A stretch of DNA of 62,933 nt, filler included, from Nemertoderma westbladi (taxonomy: Eukaryota; Animalia; Xenacoelomorpha): assembly GCA_032718475.1 (NCBI GenBank). It is 3 parts of 3 records of this genome, joined end to end, with 100 filler letters (N's around TTAATTAATTAA, not from the genome) between each part and the next. Parts side by side here need not be neighbours in the genome. Positions count along the whole stretch, not along the records: positions 1 to 25,781 come from JAUCBJ010004293.1; 2 more parts are not named here. One strand, written 5' to 3'. Under the pieces are notes generated by a model. It saw nothing but the letters and a program-made list of their open reading frames with translations. It did not search any database and was not told where the DNA came from. Numbering within the stretch: position 1 is the first letter of the stretch; the number at the start of each line of letters is the position of its first letter. The position numbers were made by a program, and so were the translations under genes. Shown in pieces: positions 1 through 10,809 of this stretch.

Positions 1-99
1 GATTAAGAATAATTTTGGGCTTCCCCAAATCAATATACACCAAATATTCACAATAATTATACACGATAATATAAATCCCTACGGTATATTATTTAATAA

Positions 100-1453
100 C
101 CCACTGTTCGCTCAGAATTTTAGCCTACCTAATGTTCCCAGATTTTCCCTCAGTCCCAGTCTTAGTGCCGTAGTGTCGGTGTCGGTCGACCCTGTCGCAT
201 GTCCGTTCCACCCCTCACGAACCCCGAAGGGAACGATCATCGAGAACCAGCACGGCTTGGCTAAGGGTCGGTCCAGTCGGTAGACTCTGTCGCGTATCCG
301 TACCACCCCTCTCGAACCCCGAAGGGTTCGGTCATCGAGAACCAGTACGGCTTGGCTAGGAGTCTGTCGTGTCGGTGGACCCGTTCGCGTGTCCGTTCCA
401 CCCCTCACGAACCCCGAAGGGTTCGATCATCGAGAACCAGAACGGCTTGGCTAGGGGTCCGTCGGTTCATCACAAAAACCCAACCACCTAGGCTTTCCGA
501 GTCCGTTTCAGGCTCGTAGTCGCTTCGGCAGCCGAGAAACTGCTCCGAACAGTCGGTAGGCCAGTAGAGTCTAGTCGAGTCTAGTCCTTTGTCTTTCGAC
601 CCCGTCGCGTGTCCGTTCCACCCCTCACGAACCCCGAAGGGTTCGATCATCGAGAACCAGTACAGCTTGGCTAAGGGGTCTGTCGTCGGTTCCCGTCGCA
701 AATCCCAGTACAAGCAGTCAGCGTTCCGAGTTCTTTTCAGTCTCGTAGTAGCTGCCGTTGACCAGAGACCGCTAAGGGCAGTTCTCGTCAAACCCGTCCT
801 GTGGCCAGCCCTTTCGCATGTCCGTCCCACCCCTCACGAACCCCGAAGGGATCGGTCATCGAGAACCAGTACGGCTTAGGTCAGGGGGCAGTCGTTAGTT
901 GGCCACCCGTTCGCGTGTCCGCTCCACCCCTCACGAACCCCGGGGTTCGATCATCGAGAACCAGAACGGCTTGGCTACTAAGGGGCCGTCGGTGCCCGTC
1001 GCAAATCCCTGACGCAAGCAGTCAGCGGTCCGAGTTCTTTTCAGTCTCGTAATGGCTGCTGTTGGCCAGGGACCGCTAAGGGCAGTCCTTGTCCTTTAGG
1101 CCTGGCGCATTACCAAATCCACCCCTACAGGCAGCAGGAAGTTGGCCAGGGCCTAATAGTACTCAGGCTAACCTGAATACTGCTTGCATTTTCCATCCCC
1201 CCCTGGCCCTTATAACTATGAAATTATTCCCGTACCCTGTAAGTTGCCCCAAAGTTCGCCCATAAATCGCCCCCAGTTTATTGAATGTGCCCAAAACCCA
1301 TGGTCCCGCACCCAGTAGTAATATCGGAATAATCAATTTTAATAAAATACAAAAATATTCAACTCGCGTTATGGAAAGTTGAAATACCGCGAACAGGGAG
1401 TGTTCTCAGCCTAGGCTGAGACGATTGGGGAGTCATTTCAAGAGGGAGTTACA
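100..1453 (-). mobile_element. Probable LTR or terminal region of a retroelement carrying the structured repeats
   Basis: GC-rich block ending at GTTACA (1448-1453), which is TGTAAC on the minus strand, a typical LTR terminus. TATA-like TTATAA at about 1210. No coding domain or second LTR is in the window, and the left boundary is approximate. Confidence 0.35.
187..987 (-). ncRNA. Array of six structured-RNA units (~84 nt): closing helix, inner stem, kink-turn and cUUCGg hairpin
   Basis: Core CCCCTCACGAACCCCGAAGGGTTCGATCATCGAGAACCAG starts at about 211, 306, 401, 621, 830 and 927. The minus strand reads CUC-GAU-GA-U-CGAACCC-UUCG-GGGUUCG-U-GA-GGG. Closing helices differ per copy but stay paired. 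Transcription is inferred, not shown. Confidence 0.55.
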
Positions 1454-1711
1454 GTATCTCAGCCTTGTAAACCAGCACTATTGACTGCTATTAGACCGAA
1501 GTTTAAATTGGTAGTTCGTTTGGTCCAATATATTTGACCGAGTCAACCTACGTTCGAATTTATATGTGTGCAATCCAATCTGATCAAGGATTGTTTTTAT
1601 AGCTTTTGGAGACTGTTGGTACAAATCGTATAACACAGTCTGTATCGTCAGTAGGTTTGGGAGCTACTGTTGGAGCTGGCGGACTGTTGGAGACTATTAT
1701 CGACCACATCT

Positions 1712-2606
1712 CGCGAGTTGTTTATATTAACAACATACAGTATCGCGAGTAGTTGTTTATATTAACAGTATACAGTATCGCGGGTAGTTGTTTATATTAA
1801 AAGTATACAGTATCGCGGGTAGTTGTTTATATTAACAGTATACAGTATCGCGGGTACAGTAGTTGTTTATATTAACAGTATACAATATCGCGGGTAGTTG
1901 TTTATATTAACAGTATACAGTATCGCGGGTAGTTGTTTATATTAACAGTATATACAGTATCGCGGGTAGTTGTTTATATTAACAGTATACAGTATCGCGG
2001 GTAGTTGTTTATATTAACAGTATACAGTATCGCGGGTAGTTGTTTATATTAACAGTATACAGTATCGCGGGTAGTTGTTTATATTAACAGTATACAGTAT
2101 CGCGGGTACAGTAGTTGTTTATATTAACAGTATACAATATCGCGGGTAGTTGTTTATATTAACAGTATACAGTATCGCAGGTACAGTAGTTGTTTATATT
2201 AACAGTATACAATATCGCGTGTAGTTGTTTATATTAACAGTATACAGTATTGCGGGTAGTTGTTTATATTAACAGTATATACAGTATCGCGGGTAGTTGT
2301 TTATATTAACAGTATACAGTATCGCGGGTAGTTGTTTATATTAACAGTATACAGTATCATGGGTAGTTGTTTATATTAACAGTATACAGTATCGCGGGTA
2401 GTTGTTTATATTAACAGTATACAGTATCGCGGGTAGTTGTTTACATTAACAGTATACAGTATCGCGGGTAGTTGTTTATATTAACAGTATACAGTATCGC
2501 GGGTAGTTGTTTATATTAACAGTATACAGTATCGCGGGTAGTTGTTTATATGAACAGTATACAGTATCGCGGGTAGTTGTTTATATTACCAGTATACAGT
2601 ATCGCG
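1712..2606. repeat. ~36-bp minisatellite (GTAGTTGTTTATATTAACAGTATACAGTATCGCGG), continuing at 3855-3930
   Basis: More than 20 near-identical tandem units are directly visible. The array resumes after the insertion at 2607-3854. Confidence 0.95.
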
Positions 2607-3854
2607 GGTGGATCTAGGACACTTCCCCCCCGGACACTTCCCCACCGGACACTTCCCCCCCGGACACTTCCCCACCGGACACTTCCCCCCCGGACACTTC
2701 CCCTCCGCCCAAGTAGGACACTTCCCCCCGGACACTCCCCCCCCCCGGACACTTGCCCCCCGGACACTTCCCCCCCAGTTAAAGTGTTAAAATTAATCTG
2801 GGTGCATCAAAGCAATAAACAAAAGTTAAAGATGGTTACAGGACAAGTTGTATCTAGACAAGTTTTTTCAAAATTATAAAAGAAACATTTTTATAGTCAA
2901 ATTTTGTTTGTTTTTCTTTTAATTCCTTTAATTCTTAAACCCCCGCTTCTTTTCTTGGGGGCTGCCGCCCCCAAACCCCCGCTTCTTTTCTTGGGGGCTG
3001 CCGCCCCCAAATCCCCGCTTCTTTTCTTGGGGGCTGCCGCCCCCAAAGCCCCGCTTCTTTTCTTGGAGGTCATCGCCCCCAGACCCCGGCATTTCCCTGA
3101 GTGCCCGTGGTGAAAGATTGAAGTTTTTGAAAGTGAACATTTTGAAATAATTAATTCATGTTTGTATCATCAGATAATAAATTGACTAAGCCTAAAGTAG
3201 GAGCTGTATTGAATGTTAACCAATTTAATATATAAATTACTACAATATTATATAATTCAACAAAATCGTATTAAAAATATTGCAAGTAACCAGGAAATTT
3301 GATATGTTGTGTGTATAATATCTATATAGTATGTATAGTAGTAATATGTATATCAATATGTAATGCTGAACACAGAATACAGGTCGACGCATGTCGATTT
3401 TACCCTGGAGAGGTATAATTTTGATTGCATCAATAATATTCATCCCCATCTGCTACAATTTGAAGAAGACTATTACATAAAAATACCTATAATTAAAACA
3501 ATTAATTATTATAATTCTATAGTTAATAAAAACAGTATATCATTCGGGGGATGGAATTTATAGGTCATCTACTATAATTAATTGTTTAAAGATTAGCAAA
3601 AAATACGATGTAATTGCATTGATAACACCCATCAATAAAACTTGGATATAAAATGTAAAATCGGGATGCAAAAGATCACTTTCTGAGCTACCAAAGTACT
3701 GTAAAATTGGATACAACTTATCTGGATACAAGCGGTCCGTTTACCTTACAAAATGAAAAATACGAATGTGCGAAGTTAAGAACAGTCGGGGGGGGGGGGG
3801 GAGTGTCCTACTTGAGCGGGGGGGAACTGTCCGGGGGGGAAGTGTCCGAACACC
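2607..3854. mobile_element. Non-autonomous TIR element (GGTG...CACC) with 6-bp TSD ATCGCG, inserted in the minisatellite
   Basis: Left end GGTGGATCTAGGACACTTCCCCCCC mirrors right end GGGGGGAAGTGTCCGAACACC. Subterminal GGACACTTCCCC repeats. ATCGCG on both flanks. Internal 36-bp repeat at 2939-3075. Confidence 0.75.
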
Positions 3855-4004
3855 ATCGCGGGTAGTTGTTTATATTAACAGTATATACAGTATCGCGGGT
3901 TGTTGTTTATATTAACAGTATACAGTATCAGTGAGATATTGTATTTCAGCTTCATACTTCGGCTCAGAAATATTGCAAAAAACATATTTTTATAATTTTA
4001 ACCA

Positions 4005-4236
4005 TCCTATTGTCCGGCCTATTGTCCCGCCTTTTGTCCCGCCTATTGTCCCGCCTATTGTTCCGCCTATTGTCCCGCCTATTGCCCCGCATATTGTCCT
4101 GCCTATTAATTGTCCCGCCTATTGGCCCGCCTATTGTCCCGCCTATTATCCCGCCTATTGTCCCACCTATTGTCTGGCCTAATGTCCCACCTATTGTCCG
4201 GCCTAATGTCCCACCTATTGTCCCGCCTATTGTCCG
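4005..4236. repeat. 12-bp tandem repeat (CCTATTGTCCCG)
   Basis: Directly visible. It explains the Pro-rich spurious ORFs here. Confidence 0.9.
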
Positions 4237-4288
4237 TTTATCCTTGCTATAATACGTAATTTTGGATTAACTATAAGAAAGTTTGAGA

Positions 4289-4650
4289 TGTCAGTTATAT
4301 TCGATGAATAATTCAGGGTTGGAGCAAGTTAAATATTATTAATCAAATGTCAAATATAATTACATATATATTTCGGTAGCTCAGCGCTATCATTATCAAT
4401 AAAGTACAAATTCTAATATAAATTGCAGAATTGACTAACGTAACGTACGACTTGTTATCTGTTAAAAATTTCACTAAAAACAGAATAAATGTTGTAACCA
4501 AAAAACAGAAGACATAGGCAGGGAAACGTATAGGGACCGTAGGTGCATATTGGAGAGCCTATCGAAATATATTTATAATTATATTTGTAATTTGATTAAT
4601 AATATTTAACTTGCTCCAACCCAGAATTTTTCATCGTAATATTGGATGTC
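4289..4650. mobile_element. MITE-like element with ~70-bp inverted arms
   Basis: GGGTTGGAGCAAGTTAAATATTATTAATCAAAT (~4316-4349) is mirrored by ATTTGATTAATAATATTTAACTTGCTCCAACCC (~4590-4622). Confidence 0.65.
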
Positions 4651-4694
4651 AACTCAGTGGAAAGACAGCTTAACGATAATTATACTTTATACAG

Positions 4695-7600
4695 GAGATG
4701 AGGACGGCACAATTAGAATAATTGATACGTTCAGTAAAGATCAAACTGAAACAAAGAAAAGTATCGAACAGGTGGAAAGTATATTGAAGAAAACGGAAGA
4801 ATTAAACGAAATTGTTGAGTATATCGGATGGGTTGGTCCCATAAATAAACCATTCCAGGGTAAGATAACTGATATAATTATATCTACTGTTGATGTTCTT
4901 TCAGATAAAGAGAAAGAACTTTACTTTAGACTGGATGCAGATATTTCTGAGTTAACAACCCAGAATCTGGTTAGTATTTGGGGTTTAAATGAAGTTTCAA
5001 CAATAGAAATTGTTAATAAATTCAGAGACATGGGACTTATGATTATGAATATAAGTGGATCAAATACACTGAAACTTCCAAAATTTTTAATTAATTATAT
5101 AAAAGAACAAAAACTGCCCATAGAGATACTGGCGAGAGGCCCAGAAGCATTGGCTGCTTATAAAGCAGCTCTTTCTAAAGGGACTACATGGATACTGAAA
5201 ACCCGGTTAATGTTAGTGGGACAAGAGAGGGCTGGTAAAACTAGTTTGAAGAAGTCCCTTATTGGTCAACCGTTTGATATAAATGAACCAATAACTGATG
5301 GTATTGACTCATCTGCTAACTGTATTATAAATACCGGACAAAACACAGATTGGACCAACATGAAAGAAGAGCCTGAGACAGCTGTTGATGTCGTCATTAC
5401 TAAAGAAATTGCAAAAACAGTTCTAGAAAGAAAACAAATTACAGGTGATGAGTCTGATATTTCTGGAACTTCAGCAATGGGTATTGGTATTGCGACACCC
5501 TCAGTTGCAACATCTTCGTCTTCTACTGATGATCAACCTAAGATTGCTACTTCAACTTCAAGTTATGGTGCTGCGAAAGTTCAAAAGGATAGTTTGTGGA
5601 GGCGGGTAGTTTCAGTATTACCTGGTTTAAAGTCAAAATATAATAGAAGTAAAATAACTAAAAAATCTAGTACAACTTTATTAACTGCTGAGAATGAAAG
5701 TAAACCTATTGAAGAAAATCTTTCTAGGCAACCAATAAGGGAAGCTATGGAAAATGATATTCCTGAAAACATCACAAAGGGAGTAGAGATTATATTGTTA
5801 TCTGGTAAACCCCAAGATATTCTGGCTAAATTTAATGAGGAAGACAGTCGCTTTTCTCTACAGATAGTCGATTTTGGTGGCCAATGTATTTATTACACAA
5901 CCCATCAGATATTTTTGAGCAGACGAGCTATTTATATAATTGTATTTAATCTCTTGGAAAATCTTGAAAAAACTCCAGATATTATTTTCAGATCTGATGA
6001 AAACAATATTAATGAGTTTGTTTTCGGTGAGATTAAGAATATTGAGTTTATTGAATTTTGGTTAAAAAATATTTATTCATTTGGTACAAAACTAGAAGTA
6101 AATTATTGTCCACCTGTTTTTGTAGTTGGAACTCATAAAGGCAGCTTACATGCTGATCCTGATACTCAATCTGTAATAGCAAGTAAAATATTTGAAAAGA
6201 TTAAGACCCATTTGGGTAAATCTTCATATACAGATAATCTAATTAAAGATTACATTGCTATAGAGAATAATAGAGAAATTATATATGGTGGTGGAGAGAA
6301 AGGACTTGAAAATTTACAGGCCGATATTGTCAAGGAAATGGTAAATTTTAAGGAGGAAATACCTTTGCAATATCTAAAATTTGACCAACTTGTGTCTCAA
6401 TTAATAACGGATGGTAAAGTTTATATTGACATCGACTTGCTAGAGATTAATTTAAAGGATATTGATGTTGAAATGGATAACATTGGTTTGAAAACCATGT
6501 TAGAATTTTACCACGATTTGGGTACAATAATTTACTTTGATGATGAATCTCTAAGAGATACTGTTATACTGAGCCCAGAATGGTTGAGTGGAATGTTTAC
6601 CAAAATAATAACTGTAAAAGACAAAATAAAGAAACAACATTTTACGTTCTGGAAGGACCTGGATAACAATGGTATATTACATGAAGAACTCCTTGATTAT
6701 CTTTGGGAAGGCGTTCTTGATAAAAAACAATTTATGTTGAATATTCTAGAACGTTTTGATTTATTATGTGAACGAGTTTTACCAAGAACCGAAAGAACAT
6801 TGCAAGATGATGTAAAGTTGGCTTATTATGTACCATGCCGCCTTAAATCTGTTAGATATACTCCATTCACACCAAGACAATGTAAAGTTGAATTTTATAT
6901 TACATTCAAGAGTTTCTTACCGCAAGGATTGTACTACCGTTTAATTAAGAGAACTATTGATTTGTCCTACATTGTTGGTAATAGAGTAATTCAACCTAAA
7001 CTTTACCACAGAGTTGCTCAAATATTTTTAGATTTTAATCATCAGGTAATTTTGGAAAGATCTTCTATTTCATTAAATTGGATTAAAGTTCATGTAGTTA
7101 GATCTGAGATGTTTAGTTTGGGCGATGAACAAACTGAAAGTAAACTTGCACCAGATCCGGATATTGTTAATAAAGTAAATCATTTTATTAATACTTCATT
7201 GAAGGAAATTATTACCCAAATGAGATTTAAAAATATTTCATTTGATTTCGAAATAAAATGTGAATGTAATGCTAAATGCGATCAACACAGATTACTTGAC
7301 TGCAATGAAGAAGGGTGTTTTCACTTTGTTAAACTGGCTGATATTTTATCAAATGATTTTCTTGAATGTCAATTTAATAACTCTGTTAGAAGTCGGTTTA
7401 TTAGTGGAAAATTCCCTGTTGTTGGGAGATTTAGCTCACATTGGTTAAACATTACAACTAACCAAGATGACCTTATTGATAGACTGGAAATCTCAGAGTT
7501 ACTTGTATACTTAGCAAGTAAGGGGGCTATATCAAAGGAAGTTTTAGCTGTTATTGAATCTAAGTCGAATTTGATGAGTAAGAATAAGATTTTGTTGGAG

Positions 7601-8116
7601 TCAATAAAATGGGGATCAGAAAATAATTACAAAGTATTTATTGAAGCATTATATGTAACCAATCAACCGCTTTTGGTTGAAATTTTGCATGAAAAAATCA
7701 AAATGGAAGACCAAATGTTCCCTGATATTCTAACAAAGTATAAATATATGTTAATGAAAAATTTAGAACAAACTAAATTTGTGGCACAGCTTCTTGTTAG
7801 CCGAAACGTTATAAGTAAATCTATCATAGAAATAATCGAAAGTAAAGAATCGATAGATAGTAAGAATGTTGTACTTATAAACGCAGTAATGAAAAGATCT
7901 TACAAGGATTTTCTATCTTTTTGTAAATGTCTTCGTCTCACCAACCAACATCATTTAGCTGATACTCTAGAGGAAGCAACCAGTTATGATGCGGATATTG
8001 TAGACATTACCGATCAAGCTGATGAAGTTGCTGTTATAGATAATAGTAATCAAGGTGGAGAGGCCGCTGGGGTTATAGACGTTACCAATCAACCGGTGGA
8101 GAGGCTGCTGTTATAG
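4695..8116 (+). CDS. ROCO-family protein: Roc GTPase + COR + Cys/His-rich segment + two CARD/death-fold-like domains (large exon; 5' end probably spliced)
   Basis: 1156-aa ORF. Pre-Roc helix PIEILARGPEALAAY, P-loop GQERAGKTS (~5219), switch II DFGGQ (~5870), G4-like VGTHK. COR motifs LEFYHDLGTII, VILSPEWL, ERFDLL and YYVPC. Two ~90-aa helical repeats ending TNQxxLxxxL. Splice acceptor TTTATACAG at 4694. The ORF ATG at 4646 lies at the edge of a MITE. Confidence 0.88.
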
Positions 8117-9189
8117 ACATTGCCAATCAATGTAATGTAGCTGTTGTTATAGATGTTACCAATCAACAGGTGGAGAGTCTGCTGTTATAGACATTGCCAA
8201 TCAAGTTAGAGGGGGTGCTGTTATAGACATTACCAATGAAGGTGAAGAGGCTGCTGTTATAGACGTTACCAATCAAGGTAGAGAGACTGCTGTTATAAAC
8301 GTTACCAATGAACCGGTGGAGAGGCTGCTGTTATAGACATTGCCAATCACTGTAATGTAGCTGTTGTTATAGATGTTACCAATCAACCGGTGGAGAGGCT
8401 GCTGTTATAGACATTGCCAATCAATGTAATGTAGCTGTTGTTATTGATGTTACCAATCAACCAGTGGAGAGGCTGCTGGGGTTATAGACGTTACCAATCA
8501 ACCGGTGGAGAGGCTGCTGTTATAGACTTTACCAATCAAGGTGAAGAGGCTGCTGTTATAAACATTACCAATCAAGGTGAAGAGGCTGCTGTTATAGACG
8601 TTACCAATCAAGGTAGAGAGACTGCTTTTATAAACGTTACCAATCAACCGGTGGAGAGGCTGCTGTTATAGACATTGCCAATCAATGTAATGTAGCTGTT
8701 GTTATAGATGTTACCAATCAACCGGTGGAGAGGCTGCTGTTATAGACATTGCCAATCAATGTAATGTAGCTGTTGTTATTGATGTTACCAATCAACCGGT
8801 GGAGAGGCTGCTGGGGTTATAGACGTTACCAATCAACCGGTGGAGAGGCTGCTGTTATAGACATTGCCATGAAAGTGGAAAGGCTGCTGTTATAAACGCT
8901 ACCAATCAAGGTAGAGGGGCTGCTGTTATAGACATTACCAATGAAGGTGGAGGGGCTGCTGTTATAGACGTTACCAATCAAGGTAGAGAGGCTGCAGTTA
9001 TAGACGTTACCATGAAAGTGGAAAGGCTGCTGTTATAAACGCTACCAATCAAGGTAGAGGGGCTGCTGTTATAGACATTACCAATGAAGGTGGAGAGGCT
9101 GCTGTTATAGACGTTACCAATCAAGGTAGAGAGTCTGCTGTTATTGACATTACCAATAAAGGTGGAGAGGCTGCTGTTATTGACATTAT
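7990..9189 (+). repeat. Degenerate ~39-bp minisatellite (13-aa unit AAVIDVTNQGGE-like) arising from the ROCO 3' end
   Basis: About 30 units of GCTGCTGTTATAGACGTTACCAATCAAGGTGGAGAG type. The first units are in frame with the ROCO ORF. A recurring CAACCGGT (+2 nt) variant shifts the frame. Confidence 0.9.
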
Positions 9190-10036
9190 CCGGATCCACA
9201 GCTGGTCAATAAAGTGAAGTGTAATCTTAATAATTCATTGCAGGAATTCCTTAAACAAATTCGAATAAAAAACATTTTCGTTTAGTTTTCAGATAAAATG
9301 TCAATGTAATTCAAAATGCGAACAGCACAATGAAATTAACTGTAGAGAAGAAATTTGCTTCCATTTTATTAAAATCGATGAAAATATTTCAGATAATAAA
9401 GTCAAATGTAAGTTTCATAAACATATGGAAAGCAACTTAATAAGAGAAAAATATACAGGTGATTTAAGTTCAAATTGGAAGAAATTAGCGTCTAAGGAGA
9501 ATGAACTTCTAGATAAACTAGAAATATTGGAACTTATAATTTTCTTAGAAGCTAAGCGAACTTTGTCTCGGGATGTTTTATCTATAATTAACTCGAAACC
9601 AAATGTATTCAGTAAAATAAAGACTTTATTGGAGGCAATAAAATGGGGTACAGAAAATAATTACGAAATATTTATTGAAGGATTAAAGGAAACATATCAA
9701 ACTCATATAGTAAATATTTTAGAGGATAAAACAACAGATGATGATAAAATGTTTCCGTTGATACTAACTAAATATAAGTTTGTTTTAGTTAATAGAATCG
9801 AACCAAACTTGGTAATAAAATTACTTTGTAGGAAACAAGTGTTTAGGGATTCTATAGCTGAATCAATCAATAGTAAAGAATCCACAGTGGCAAAGAATAA
9901 TGAACTGGTCAACGCGATAATTAAAAGGTCATACAACGATTTTCTTACATTCTGTCAATGTCTGAGAGACACAAATCAGGGTCAAATAGCTGATATCCTG
10001 ACTACAGCTGTACATAATTTAGATGATTTAGTCTAA
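9190..10036 (+). CDS. Diverged duplicate of the ROCO C-terminal module (COR end, Cys/His segment, CARD-CARD); alternative exon or pseudogenic segment
   Basis: Translates PDPQLVNKVKCNLNNSLQE...(+1 frameshift ~9277)...IKCQCNSKCEQH...CFHFIK, then the 203-aa ORF. Colinear with PDPDIVNKVNHFINTSLKE...IKCECNAKCDQH...CFHFVK...CKCLRLTNQ at 7151-7975. Confidence 0.75.
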
Positions 10037-10809
10037 ATATAAAAATAATTATATACAATTTTCAGTGTTTAATTTTGTTACAAACCTGAGATAAATAATG
10101 TTTTGGATATTATTGGAATATATCCCATAATAATGTTATTTAGCAAGAATGGTAAGGATAATATTTCATACTTATTTTTTACTTATAATGCCAGTCAGGG
10201 CCGGACACACAATTTCTACAAGCATTTTATAGCTATTCGTGTCCGACCCACCATCTATCTACTATATTAAATATATAAAATTTAGTGCAATTTCTATTAT
10301 ATTATGGTAAATATACATTCAAGTTAAAGTTTAATAATTATTTTATTAAGTTTTCTCTTTTATAGATGGAAATACGAATATCTCCTGATCTCGGAATCGC
10401 AAGCCAGTAAACTGTCAGGCTCTGAACCAAATCAAACAAAAGCCTAAATTATAAAACAGATAACTTGAAATCTTTTAGTATCGCCGAAACGATATGATAA
10501 CCCCGATTCTGGACTGTAATGAACCGACATGATTTGTTCCTATTAGATATTCGACGTAGTCTGGGAAACCAGGAAATCTGGAAACACAATCCTGGAATCT
10601 ACTGGAACTAAAATATTAGTGGCTTAACGGAGATGTTTGAACCAAAGTACTTGGAACACAATTATCGAAAACTTCAGAATAAGTTAGTAATAAATTGTTA
10701 CATGGAATATATCCTACAGTCGGGGTCTCAAAGTGTATCTGGTATTACCGTTATTTTGAATACATTATTAATAAATTATATTATTTCTACTTATTTTATA
10801 GGTAGAGCA

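Noticed and set aside
401-434. SECIS element (AUGA...GA quartet)
   Set aside because: The upper helix is too short, there is no apical AAR motif, and no selenoprotein ORF lies on that strand. A plain K-turn fits better.
187-987. CRISPR-like array (repeats with variable spacers)
   Set aside because: The context is eukaryotic, there are no cas genes, repeats are too long and degenerate, and spacers are irregular and related to each other.
112-1052. Short ORFs over the GC-rich repeats
   Set aside because: No recognisable domains, and repeat copies fall in different frames.
4646-4694. Annotated ATG as the true ROCO start
   Set aside because: It lies at a MITE arm edge and just upstream of a good splice acceptor, so it is probably intronic.
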